DNA from: Deltaproteobacteria bacterium
GTDB taxonomy: Bacteria; Myxococcota_A; Polyangia; Fen-1088
DNA length: 64,000 nucleotides
Assembly (NCBI GenBank): GCA_034439895.1
Contig: JAWXBF010000003.1
Coordinates: 6,819-70,818, forward strand
Direction: 5' to 3'
The notes below the pieces were generated by a model. That model saw nothing but the letters and a program-made list of their open reading frames with translations. It ran no database searches and had not been told where the DNA came from. Shown here in pieces: positions 27,760 through 37,009 of this stretch. The first letter of the stretch is position 1. Each line of letters starts with the position of its first letter. Made by a program: the position numbers and the translations under genes.

Positions 27760-28541
27760 TTGAGGTTCGCCGTTTGTTGAAGCATTTCATCGGCCGCACG
27801 GATGACGCGGGAGTTGATTTCGTAGGCGCGTTGGCCGGAAATGAGGTCGATCATTTCCTCGACAATCTGAACGTTGGAGGACTCGAGCTGGTTTTGCGCG
27901 AGTGTGCCGACACCCTCTTCACCCGGTGCACCGGAGACGGGGTTGCCCGACGAGGCGGTCTCGAAGTAGAGGTTACGGCCGTTGGCGGAAAGGCCCGCCG
28001 GATTTGCAAAGTTGGACAGTTCGATCTGTCCGAGTTCAACCGGGGTGTTGTTCCCCGGAAGCTTGGCAGTCACAAGACCATCCGCACCGATGATGATGCC
28101 TTCGGCGTCAGCGGGGATCTGGATGTCGGCATCGAGCGGATAACCGTCGGCGTTGACGAGCCGACCCTCTGTGTCTCGTTTGAACGAGCCGTCGCGGGTG
28201 TAGGCCAACTCGCCGGTTGGCATCGTCAGACGGAAGAACCCTGGTCCTTCGATCGCAACGTCAAGCGCATTGCCCGTTTGAACGGGTGTCCCCTGGGTGT
28301 GCATGCGCTGGGTGGCGACGGTGCGCACACCCATTCCGACCTGAACGCCCGTGGGATTGACACTGTTGGTTCCCGTTGCGCCGCCCGGGGCTCGCAGAGT
28401 TTGATACATCAGATCCTGGAATTCCGCGCGGCTTTTCTTGAATCCCGTCGTCGACACGTTGGCCATGTTGTTGGCGGTTACGTCAAGCCGGGTCTGCTGT
28501 GCTTCCATACCGGTTGCTGCTGTTGACAATGCCCTGATCAT
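27756..28541 (-). CDS. flgG: flagellar distal rod protein FlgG
   Basis: N-terminus [38 protein letters not shown] and C-terminus [32 protein letters not shown]. Confidence 0.9.
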   Translation of the reverse strand: [261 protein letters not shown]

Positions 28542-28571
28542 GATTGCTTCTCCTTTGTTCGTAAAACCAAG

Positions 28572-29297
28572 CTATTTCCCGCCACCCAGATCACGCGCAG
28601 CGCGATTGTTGATCTGGCGGTAAGTTTCGAGCATTCGGTGTTGCGCTTCGTGGATTCGTGACACCCGCACGATGTCGACCATGCCGCGGATCGCGGTAAA
28701 GTTGCTCTCCTCAAGTGAGCCCGACAAGAGCTGGTAGGTCCCTTCGCTGTCTCGCTCGGGCAATTCGACGCCGGTGAAGAGTCGGTTGGCCTCGCGCTGA
28801 ACCGTCTTCGGATCAAGCTGCACCACCGCGATGGTGCCGAAATCCTGGAATCCGTTTGAGACAATGCCGTCCGGGTTCACGCTCACGTTGGCCGTGTTGG
28901 GAGGGATCTGGATTTCGCTGCCGTCGCTGCCTCGAACCACGTGGCCGTCGAGGGTAACGAGGCGTCCATCCTCGTTCATCCGAAAGTCCCCGGCGCGGGT
29001 GTAACGGATGCCCGACGGCGTTTCAATCGCGAAGTACCCTTCGCCCGCGATGGCCAGATCGAGCGGATTGTCGGTCGCTACAATTAGTCCCTGACTGTGA
29101 TCCGTCAGCGAATCTGCCAGGCCAACGAACGACATTTCGCCCGTTTTGGTGGCGTTTTTGGCGAGCGTTTCGGCAAAGGTGATGCGCTCGGCCTTGAACC
29201 CCACCGTGTTGGTGTTGGCCAGATTGTTGGCGACCACGTCAAGGGCACGCTCTTGCGCGGCCGCACCGGACATTGCGATATAGATGCCATCGGACAT
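28572..29297 (-). CDS. flgF: flagellar proximal rod protein FlgF
   Basis: Rod-family termini (IYIAMSGAAAQERALDVVANNLANTNTVGFKAER...; ...GSLEESNFTAIRGMVDIVRVSRIHEAQHRMLE). Confidence 0.8.
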   Translation of the reverse strand: MSDGIYIAMSGAAAQERALDVVANNLANTNTVGFKAERITFAETLAKNATKTGEMSFVGLADSLTDHSQGLIVATDNPLDLAIAGEGYFAIETPSGIRYTRAGDFRMNEDGRLVTLDGHVVRGSDGSEIQIPPNTANVSVNPDGIVSNGFQDFGTIAVVQLDPKTVQREANRLFTGVELPERDSEGTYQLLSGSLEESNFTAIRGMVDIVRVSRIHEAQHRMLETYRQINNRAARDLGGGK

Positions 29298-29300
29298 GGG

Positions 29301-30014
29301 TTACTCCTCGTCCTCGGTTTTGAGTTCTGCTTTCAAACGCAGCACAGCGCGCGAGTGCAATTGCCACACGCGCGATTCGCTCACGCTCAAAACCGTTCCG
29401 ATTTCGGCGTAGCTCAGTTCCTCGACGTAGTAGAGCGCCAGGATCTGTGCGTCTCGTTCCGGAAGCCGCCTGAGCGCATCGTGGAGGCGGTCTCGCATTT
29501 GTGCACGCTCGGCGAGTGTGGAGGGCGAGTCTTGTGCGTCGTCAGATTTAAAGTTGCTCTCGAGTTCGGAGCCGAAATCGATGATGGAAACGTGGGTCAG
29601 GCTCTCGAGATCGTCCTGGTACTCCTCGACCGAAACGTTGAGGGCTTTGGCAATCTCATCGTCTTCGGGGTGTCGGCCCAGCTGTTGTTCGAGGTTGACG
29701 ATCGTTCGACCGACCTCGCGGGCCTTGGCGCGCAGGCGGCGGGGCATGATGTCACCTCGGCGCAGCTCATCCAGGACAGCGCCCCGGATGCGCTTTTCTG
29801 CAAATGCCACAAACGGTTCCTCGCGACCCTCGTCGTAGCGATCGGCGGCCTCGGCCAATCCCACCATTGCAGACGCAACGAGATCGTCCTCACTCAACCA
29901 GTCGGGCACTCGACGTGCCACGCGCAGGGCGATGCGACGGGCGACATCAACGTTCTCCGCGATCAAGCGATCCCGGCGATCATTGGCGCTGCCTGCTTTG
30001 GCGTATCCTTTCAT
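29301..30014 (-). CDS. fliA: flagellar sigma factor sigma-28 FliA
   Basis: Sigma-70 regions 2, 3 and 4 (DLVASAMVGLAEAADRYD; LSYAEIGTVLSVSESRVWQLHSRAVLRL) and position after flhG. Confidence 0.9.
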   Translation of the reverse strand: MKGYAKAGSANDRRDRLIAENVDVARRIALRVARRVPDWLSEDDLVASAMVGLAEAADRYDEGREEPFVAFAEKRIRGAVLDELRRGDIMPRRLRAKAREVGRTIVNLEQQLGRHPEDDEIAKALNVSVEEYQDDLESLTHVSIIDFGSELESNFKSDDAQDSPSTLAERAQMRDRLHDALRRLPERDAQILALYYVEELSYAEIGTVLSVSESRVWQLHSRAVLRLKAELKTEDEE

Positions 30015-30994
30015 CCGCCAACTTCCTTTTCGTTTCGGTCAAACGTACGGCGCAAGAACAAGCGCACGCCGCCTTGACGATCCTCGGGTCGCGCAAGTGC
30101 CTCGATGCGCCGTGCGACTTGCCGAATGGCCCGGCTTGCTGGCGCATCGGGATTGTAGACCAGTAAGGGAATGCCCTCTTCGTTGGACTGTGCCATTTGA
30201 GGGTCAAATGGAATCGGAGGTAGCGGCGTCAACGAGATGCCAAGGAATCGGTTCACCACCGAGGCCAGGCGATCGAAGAGTTCATCGCCATCGGAAGGGC
30301 GGCGAATCTTGTTGGGCAAGACCATGGCTCGGGTCAATCCGACGCGGTGATGCAGTGCCTTCAAGCAAGAGTAGGCATCCGCAAGCGAGAGCGATTCGGG
30401 TGTAATCACCACGATGATCTCGGAAGCCGCGGCGGCAAAATTGACGGTGTTGTCGGCGATGCCGGGCGCGGTGTCGATGACGAGCGTGTCAAAGCGATTG
30501 TCGAGGGTGTCGACTGCTGCGAACAAACGGTGCCGTGTGGCCTCGTCGATGTTGGCGAGAGGAAAGCTTCCGTTCAGAGCTGGCAATACATGAATACCGT
30601 GGGCTTCGACCAGGACATCATCGATGGGCATCCCCTCCATCACGTCGAGGAGGCTGTGTCCCGGTGCGAGGCCGAGCAGCAGGTTGAGGTCGGCCATGCC
30701 GAGATCGGCGTCGAGCGCGAGCGTGCGCGAGCCGCGTTGTGCGTAGGCGACAGCGAGATTTGCAGCGATGACGCTTTTCCCTGTGCCACCCTTGCCGCCC
30801 GAAATGGCGATCGCTCGAACGTTGGATGCAAGCGCGGGTTCGTTGCCCTCGCCGCGCAAGGTTGAAGCTTGATCTTCCTTGGGTTTGCGCGCGCGACCGA
30901 TCGGAATGATATCCGACTTGTCGCCCGCCTTGCTGGCCACTATTTTCGTGTTCCAGCGCGGCTCGATCATGGGAGCGAGGTTGAAGGCGCTCAT
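30011..30994 (-). CDS. flhG: flagellar number/placement ATPase FlhG (FleN/MinD-like)
   Basis: Deviant Walker A SGGKGGTGKS, the N-terminal DQAxxLR activator motif (EDQASTLRG) and the MinD-like fold. Confidence 0.9.
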   Translation of the reverse strand: MSAFNLAPMIEPRWNTKIVASKAGDKSDIIPIGRARKPKEDQASTLRGEGNEPALASNVRAIAISGGKGGTGKSVIAANLAVAYAQRGSRTLALDADLGMADLNLLLGLAPGHSLLDVMEGMPIDDVLVEAHGIHVLPALNGSFPLANIDEATRHRLFAAVDTLDNRFDTLVIDTAPGIADNTVNFAAAASEIIVVITPESLSLADAYSCLKALHHRVGLTRAMVLPNKIRRPSDGDELFDRLASVVNRFLGISLTPLPPIPFDPQMAQSNEEGIPLLVYNPDAPASRAIRQVARRIEALARPEDRQGGVRLFLRRTFDRNEKEVGG

Positions 30995-32040
30995 GCCGCG
31001 AGCTCCTCCTGTGAGAATCCGGTCGTGGCCATGGCAACGAGGCGCTCTTGCGAGGCCATCTCGATGTCCTCGGGAACGCGCTGTCCGGTGGTGACATAAG
31101 AAATCGGCAACTTCATGCGGGCCGGTGCTCGAACGATCTGTCCCAGATCTTCGGCCTCGTCGAGTTTGGTCATCAACAGCCGGTGAAGTCCGAGCGACTT
31201 GCAGCGCGCATACCAGGCATCCATCGAAGCGGGCGTGGTTGCCGCGGCGAGTGCGAGATGAACTTCTAGATCAGGCGTGTTGGCAAAGGCGGCTGCAAGT
31301 TGAGCAAGTGCCTTCGGATCGCGAGGGCTGCGGCCAGAGGTGTCAACGAAGATGCGATCGGCACTGTCGAGGCGATCGATCGCGTGGTCAAAGTGGGCTG
31401 CATCGCTTATCAAAACCAGCGGGACCCCGATGAGATCGGCGAAGATGCGAATTTGCTCTTCGCCGCCGACACGGTACGTATCGAGGCTGGCGATGGCAAC
31501 TTTCTTGTTCTCGACGAGTGCGGCGTGGGTCGCAAGCTTGGCGATGGTGGTGGTTTTGCCAACCCCGGTTGGGCCCACGATAACCGTGATTCGTTTCGTG
31601 GCGGGCGCGGCAATTCGGTGGGTTCGTGCAATGGTTTCAATTGACTCGCCGCCGTCTTCGGGCTGCAATCGGCTGCCGAGCGGTGCGATCGCCTGGCGAA
31701 GCGCCGCGACTTCTTCACGAAGGGCGCGGTCAACGCGATCTTCGGCGACCGTACGTAGCATCGCCCGCAATGAGCGCAGTTCGGCGCGCAGGGGAGACAG
31801 GATTCGATCGACATCGCTTTCGCCAAGGCCCTGCGTTGAATGACGTGGACTTGTGTTCAGGGGCGAGGGCGGTGACACGGGCACAGGCTCATCGATTGCC
31901 GCGGTGACTTCGATGCCGCTGCCGAGCAATCCGCGACGAACTGGTGTCGTTGACACGATCATCGCGTCTGCCCCCATTTCGGCTTTGACCTGGGCCAGTG
32001 CGTCTTTGAGTGTGGATGCCTGGAATTTACGGATTCTCAT
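30991..32040 (-). CDS. flhF: flagellar SRP-type GTPase FlhF
   Basis: G1 GPTGVGKTTTIAKLA, G3 DTSGRS, the NG-domain layout and 4-bp overlaps with neighbouring genes. Confidence 0.9.
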   Translation of the reverse strand: MRIRKFQASTLKDALAQVKAEMGADAMIVSTTPVRRGLLGSGIEVTAAIDEPVPVSPPSPLNTSPRHSTQGLGESDVDRILSPLRAELRSLRAMLRTVAEDRVDRALREEVAALRQAIAPLGSRLQPEDGGESIETIARTHRIAAPATKRITVIVGPTGVGKTTTIAKLATHAALVENKKVAIASLDTYRVGGEEQIRIFADLIGVPLVLISDAAHFDHAIDRLDSADRIFVDTSGRSPRDPKALAQLAAAFANTPDLEVHLALAAATTPASMDAWYARCKSLGLHRLLMTKLDEAEDLGQIVRAPARMKLPISYVTTGQRVPEDIEMASQERLVAMATTGFSQEELAA

Positions 32041-34145
32041 GCCTGCAGCTCCCTGTTGTTGGTGTTTCCAACCACGCCCCGTGTAACGAAGGGCAAGGTG
32101 GGATCGACTTCGCGATAACTCATGACACTCAGGCCGGGTACATGGCGCTGAGCGACGGCCGATACGGCGCGACGAACGTCAGGTGCCACGACCAGCACCG
32201 CGGGTTCGTCATTCTCAACCACGCGGCGAGCGGCTTCTTCAATCGAAGAAGTGACACGGGTAAGTGCCTGCGGATCTTGACCACGGCCGCCCTGGCGGAA
32301 TAGTTCTTCGGCGCGCGGGTCAAGTACGATGGGGCGCAACTCACCGCGCTCGTTGACGTGCATGAGGCTGATTTGGCGTCCAAGGCGCTGACGCACGAGC
32401 TCCATCAAATCGTTCGGATCCTTTGTGACGGCGGCGTTGTCAGCCAGCGTTTCGAGGATGGTACGGATGTCGCGGATCGAGATCCCTTCGGCCAGCAAGC
32501 CTCGCAAAACCTTGATGATGTCACCGAGCGGCATCAAATGCGGCACGAGTTCCTCGACAACCTTGGCATTGCGCTTGCCAGCGATGTCGAGCAACTCCTG
32601 GGTTTCGCGACGGCCAAGTAGTTCGCTGGCGTGCCGGCGGACAGACTCGGTGATATGTGTTGCGATTACTGCGGAAGGATCGACAACGGTGCAGCCCGCG
32701 GTTTCGGCACGAACGCGATCGGCGGGCAAAATCCACTTGGCGTTGAGGCCAAAGGTGGGCTCACGGACGGATTCGCCCGCGAGATTGGCCGTGGCAGAGC
32801 CCGTGGGATCGATCGCCAACAGTCGGCCTGTGCGGACTTCGCCCTGTGCCACCTTGCCGCCCGAGATGAGAATGCGGTAGGCATTGGGACGCAGGCGCAG
32901 GTTATCGCGAACATGTACGGGCGGAACGATGAAGCCAAGTTCGACTGCCATCTGCTTGCGCAGCGAGGCGATACGGCCCAGCAACTCGCCGTTGCGTTTC
33001 GAGTCGACCATCGGTAGCAGATCCAGGCCGACATCCAATGATAGTAACTCGACAGGCAAGAGCGTTTCGATTTCTGCCTTTTGTGCCTCGGGCCCCTGAA
33101 TCGCGCGATCGGCAGCCGCTGCGGCAGTGGTCGTCCTTGATTCGCTTCCACCCGCAAGCGCTTTGTTTTTGGACGAGCGATAGGCCGCGTATCCGGCGCC
33201 TGCCGAAAGTGCCGCGAATGCCAGGTGCGGCATGCCGGGAACGAGCGCCAGCACGCCGAGCACAACGCTCGAGATGGCGGCGGGTCGGGGTCGACCGAAG
33301 AGTTGGCTTGTCAACGTTGCGCCGAGTCCGCCACCACCCGAGTCGCGGGTGATGAGAATGGCAGCGCCCGTCGACACGAGGAGTGCCGGAACCTGGGTCA
33401 CAAGACCGTCACCAATCGAAAGAATCGAAAAGGTCTCGGCGGCGGTCAAAAACGACATCTTGTGTTGCAATACGCCAATGACGATGCCCGCAACGACGTT
33501 GATGCCCACGATGAGGAGACCCGCGACCGCATCGCCGCGCACAAACTTTGAGGCACCGTCCATCGCGCCGTGAAAGTCGGCTTCACGCTCAATTTCGCGG
33601 CGTCGGCTGCGGGCTTCTGCCTCGTTGATGAGACCGGCGCCCAGATCGGCATCAACGGCCATCTGCTTGCCCGGCATCGAATCGAGGGTAAATCGAGCGG
33701 CAACTTCGGAAACGCGCTCGGCACCCTTCGTGATGACCACGAAGTTCACGATGACGAGGATCAAGAAGACGACCGCGCCGATGACGAAGTTGCCGCCGAT
33801 GGCGAACTCGCCAAATGCCTTGATGACGCTGCCGGCAGCATCCGTGCCTTCTCCGCCATGTATCAAGATCACCCGGGTCGAGGCAACGTTGAGGGCAAGG
33901 CGGAACAGCGTGACGAGCAAGAGCACCGAGGGAAACGACGAGAACTCAAGTGGCCGTTCGACGTAGATGGCGACGAGGAAAACGAGAATCGAAGCACAAA
34001 GGCTTCCGGCGAGTAGCAAGTCCAGAATCATGGCTGGTAGAGGCAGGATGGCGAGCGCCATGATTCCCAGCATCGCGACCGCGCCGAGTGCATCGCCGGA
34101 AAAACGACGCGTCATAGACCCACCCACGACGGCAGCCTGGCTCAT
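32037..34145 (-). CDS. flhA: flagellar export apparatus protein FlhA
   Basis: 702 aa, 8 TM helices, and a conserved FHGAMDGASKFVRGDA cytoplasmic loop. Confidence 0.95.
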   Translation of the reverse strand: MSQAAVVGGSMTRRFSGDALGAVAMLGIMALAILPLPAMILDLLLAGSLCASILVFLVAIYVERPLEFSSFPSVLLLVTLFRLALNVASTRVILIHGGEGTDAAGSVIKAFGEFAIGGNFVIGAVVFLILVIVNFVVITKGAERVSEVAARFTLDSMPGKQMAVDADLGAGLINEAEARSRRREIEREADFHGAMDGASKFVRGDAVAGLLIVGINVVAGIVIGVLQHKMSFLTAAETFSILSIGDGLVTQVPALLVSTGAAILITRDSGGGGLGATLTSQLFGRPRPAAISSVVLGVLALVPGMPHLAFAALSAGAGYAAYRSSKNKALAGGSESRTTTAAAAADRAIQGPEAQKAEIETLLPVELLSLDVGLDLLPMVDSKRNGELLGRIASLRKQMAVELGFIVPPVHVRDNLRLRPNAYRILISGGKVAQGEVRTGRLLAIDPTGSATANLAGESVREPTFGLNAKWILPADRVRAETAGCTVVDPSAVIATHITESVRRHASELLGRRETQELLDIAGKRNAKVVEELVPHLMPLGDIIKVLRGLLAEGISIRDIRTILETLADNAAVTKDPNDLMELVRQRLGRQISLMHVNERGELRPIVLDPRAEELFRQGGRGQDPQALTRVTSSIEEAARRVVENDEPAVLVVAPDVRRAVSAVAQRHVPGLSVMSYREVDPTLPFVTRGVVGNTNNRELQA

Positions 34146-35260
34146 TGTGCACCTTCAGGGTTTAGCCGCAATGCACGGCGGTTTTCGGGGGCAGGGCGTG
34201 CGCCGCCCTGGCGCTTGCGCAGGCGATACACGTATGCGAGCACTTCGGCCACGGCGTGGAAAAGGTGCGCCGGGATCTCTTTGCCTTCGGGGACGACCTT
34301 GAACAACAGCCGGGCGAGCGGCGGTTGCGCAATGATCGGAACGCCGTTCTTGCGAGCAATCTCGCGAATCTTTTCCGCAACACGCTTGCGACCCTTGGCG
34401 ACGACGCGCGGAGCGTTGCCTTCCCTGGAATCGTAGCGCAAGGCGACGGCGTATTCGGTTGGGTTGACGAGCACCACATCCGCGGTCTTCACCGTGACGG
34501 CGAGTCGGCGACGTGCCAGCTCGCGCATGCGAACCCGACGGCGACGGCGGATCTGGGGATCGCCTTCCATCTCGCGCATTTCGCGCTTCATTTCCTCGGT
34601 CGTCATGCGCATCTGGGCGGCAACACGACGGCGGGAAAGAATGAGGTCAATGACTGCAAGCGTGGCGAGCGCTGCGCAACAGTAAAGCGCCACGCGGCCG
34701 ACGATTTCTCCGAGTCGGACGCCAATGGCACCGCTCGAAAGCGCCGGCTCATACAGAAACCGGTTGCTTTCCTGGCGCAGAGCCATCACGGCGACGGCAG
34801 CGACGAACGCAACCTTGGCAGCAGACTTCAGGGTTCGGCCACCGGCCGCTTTGAGATCAAAGATCTGCTTGATGTTGTTCGGATCGACGATGCGAGAAAG
34901 ATCGAACTCGATTTTCTTGAGAGCGGGCGGCCATCCGAGTTGCAGTGCACCGGTCGTGAGGTATCCAGCAAGCGAGCCCACACACACCGGCGCGGAGGCC
35001 CATGCGAGCGCCTCGACGGCACCCGGGAATGCTGAGTTCACCGTCAAGGTCGAGATGGCGGCAGTGTGAGAACGCACGAGGTCCGTCAGCATTTGTGCTG
35101 AAAAATCCGAGTAGGAAAGCAACGCAATCGTACCACCACTGATCGTGCCGACCATGGTGAGATCTTTTGAGAGTCCGATGTCGCCGCGTTTACGGAAGTC
35201 CTGCTCACGCTTGGGCGAGGCCTTGTGTGTGCGCCGATCGAGATCGCCTGTGCCGCTCAT
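34142..35260 (-). CDS. flhB: flagellar export switch protein FlhB (autocleavage motif variant NPTE)
   Basis: N-terminus DLDRRTHKASPKREQDFRKRGDIGLSKDL, 4 TM helices, and VVLVNPTEYAVALRY where the canonical motif is NPTHY. Confidence 0.9.
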   Translation of the reverse strand: MSGTGDLDRRTHKASPKREQDFRKRGDIGLSKDLTMVGTISGGTIALLSYSDFSAQMLTDLVRSHTAAISTLTVNSAFPGAVEALAWASAPVCVGSLAGYLTTGALQLGWPPALKKIEFDLSRIVDPNNIKQIFDLKAAGGRTLKSAAKVAFVAAVAVMALRQESNRFLYEPALSSGAIGVRLGEIVGRVALYCCAALATLAVIDLILSRRRVAAQMRMTTEEMKREMREMEGDPQIRRRRRVRMRELARRRLAVTVKTADVVLVNPTEYAVALRYDSREGNAPRVVAKGRKRVAEKIREIARKNGVPIIAQPPLARLLFKVVPEGKEIPAHLFHAVAEVLAYVYRLRKRQGGARPAPENRRALRLNPEGAQ

Positions 35261-35994
35261 GGATGCACCATGCTTTCGGGCAACATGGCCTCGGTTGACA
35301 TCACACCGATCCCCTGCAAATCACGGATAAAGGCCGGCGCCGTGGCGATCAGAACGCCAATGCCAACCATCATCACGAGCGCGAGCATCACTGAAAAAAC
35401 GTTGAGTCCCGGTGCCGCACGCGACATCAAACCCATCGCGACGTTGGCGACCATCGCGGCGATGAGAACCGGTGCCGCGAAACGAAGGGCAACCGGCAAA
35501 ATGGTTCCGGTCTGATTCACAACCGACATCATCATGTCGGGCAAAGCGGCGGCAGGAACGGGCGCGGCGGCCATCACGTGCACCGCCGCCTCGACCCCAC
35601 CGGCCATGACAAAGGCAAGTCCACCCAACACCATCACGATGCGACGTACCGGCATGGCCACTTCGCCAAGGGAAGGATCGTAGGCCGCGGCGAATCCAAG
35701 TCCGAGTTGCAATCCGATCAACTCGGCCCCGGCAGCGGCCCCGGCAACCACGATGCGTCCTGTAAATCCGGCTGCCAGGCCAACTAAAATTTCGGCGGGC
35801 AACACAAACAGAATGTCTTCGGGTGCAAGGGTAGGACGGGTTGACATCACCGCCATGGCGATGAGTGCCGCCGTGGCGACACGAACCTTTGCAGGTACCG
35901 TTCGGTCGGAAATGACGGGCGCGGCATACATGAACGCCGCACCTCGGCCAAATGTGGCCGCGAACGTTGCAACCGTGGAAGGCGACACGATCAT
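35257..35994 (-). CDS. fliR: flagellar export apparatus protein FliR
   Basis: 6 TM helices, a FliR-like hydrophobic pattern and position. Confidence 0.85.
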   Translation of the reverse strand: MIVSPSTVATFAATFGRGAAFMYAAPVISDRTVPAKVRVATAALIAMAVMSTRPTLAPEDILFVLPAEILVGLAAGFTGRIVVAGAAAGAELIGLQLGLGFAAAYDPSLGEVAMPVRRIVMVLGGLAFVMAGGVEAAVHVMAAAPVPAAALPDMMMSVVNQTGTILPVALRFAAPVLIAAMVANVAMGLMSRAAPGLNVFSVMLALVMMVGIGVLIATAPAFIRDLQGIGVMSTEAMLPESMVHP

Positions 35995-36263
35995 CGGCCT
36001 GCCTCCGCGGCAATCTGGACCAGCATGTCCATGGAGTGATCGGCAAATCCGACCAGTTGGCCAAGCAACCAGTGACCCATGAGCGCGAAGATGACACCCA
36101 CAACCGCAATCTTTGGCACGAAGGAAATCGCGTTCTCCTGCAGCTGTGTCGCGGCCTGCAATAGCGACGTGGCTACGCCCACCACCAGGGCTGCGACCAA
36201 AAACGGTGCGCTAACCAGCGCAACCGTCTCGAGCGTCTTTTGCCACATGTCGAGGAGATTCAT
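35991..36263 (-). CDS. fliQ: flagellar export apparatus protein FliQ
   Basis: 90 aa, 2 TM helices, and a FliQ-like N-terminus MNLLDMWQKTLETVALVSAPFL. Confidence 0.9.
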   Translation of the reverse strand: MNLLDMWQKTLETVALVSAPFLVAALVVGVATSLLQAATQLQENAISFVPKIAVVGVIFALMGHWLLGQLVGFADHSMDMLVQIAAEAGR

Positions 36264-37009
36264 GATGACATGGCCCCCTTGAGCAACGATGAAACGAGGA
36301 GGTGCCAGCCATCGGCAGTCACGAAAACCAGGATCTTGATGGGAAGTGATACGAATACAGGCGGCAACATCACCATGCCCAGGCTCGACAGAACGATCGC
36401 AACCGCGAGATCGATGACGAGAAATGGCAACAGAATCACGAGGCCCATCTGGAACGCCGTCCGCAACTCGGAAACCACAAAGGCGGGAATCGCGATGCGC
36501 AGTGGAACTTCGGAGGCCTGGGTGGGACGTGCCAGGTCGGTAAATTGGTAGAAGAGGGCGAGATCATCCTGACGCGTACGGGGCAACAAAAACCCTTGCA
36601 GAATCGGTGTTGCAGCTTCGAGGGCTTTTTCTTCGTCGATTAGGCCCGCAAAATAGGGTTTTGCAACCTCGCTGTGGATTCGGTTGGCGACCGGAGACAT
36701 GACGAAGAAGGTCATGAACATCGCGAGGCCAGCCATGATCTGGCTCGGGGGTGCGCCTTGCGTGCCGAGGCCACTTTTCAAGAACGAAAATACAATCGCG
36801 AAGCGGGCGAAGGTGGTGCAGGTCAAGATGATGGCAGGCGCAAGTGACGCCAGCGCCATCATCACCACCAACTGAATCACACTGGAGCCGGTCGCGGTTT
36901 TTGCAGCGTCGACCACGGTTGGCGTCCCGACAACGGGCGCGGCCCAGGCATTGCTGGAAAATAGCAATCCCGGAATGACGAGCGCGGTGAGTCGGGCGAA
37001 ACGTGTCAT
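36260..37009 (-). CDS. fliP: flagellar export apparatus protein FliP
   Basis: Signal peptide; motifs IQLVVMMALASLAPAIILTCTTFARFAIVFSFL and GLAMFMTFFVMSPV. The internal start MTRFAR overlaps the fliO stop (ATGA). Confidence 0.9.
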   Translation of the reverse strand: MTRFARLTALVIPGLLFSSNAWAAPVVGTPTVVDAAKTATGSSVIQLVVMMALASLAPAIILTCTTFARFAIVFSFLKSGLGTQGAPPSQIMAGLAMFMTFFVMSPVANRIHSEVAKPYFAGLIDEEKALEAATPILQGFLLPRTRQDDLALFYQFTDLARPTQASEVPLRIAIPAFVVSELRTAFQMGLVILLPFLVIDLAVAIVLSSLGMVMLPPVFVSLPIKILVFVTADGWHLLVSSLLKGAMSS

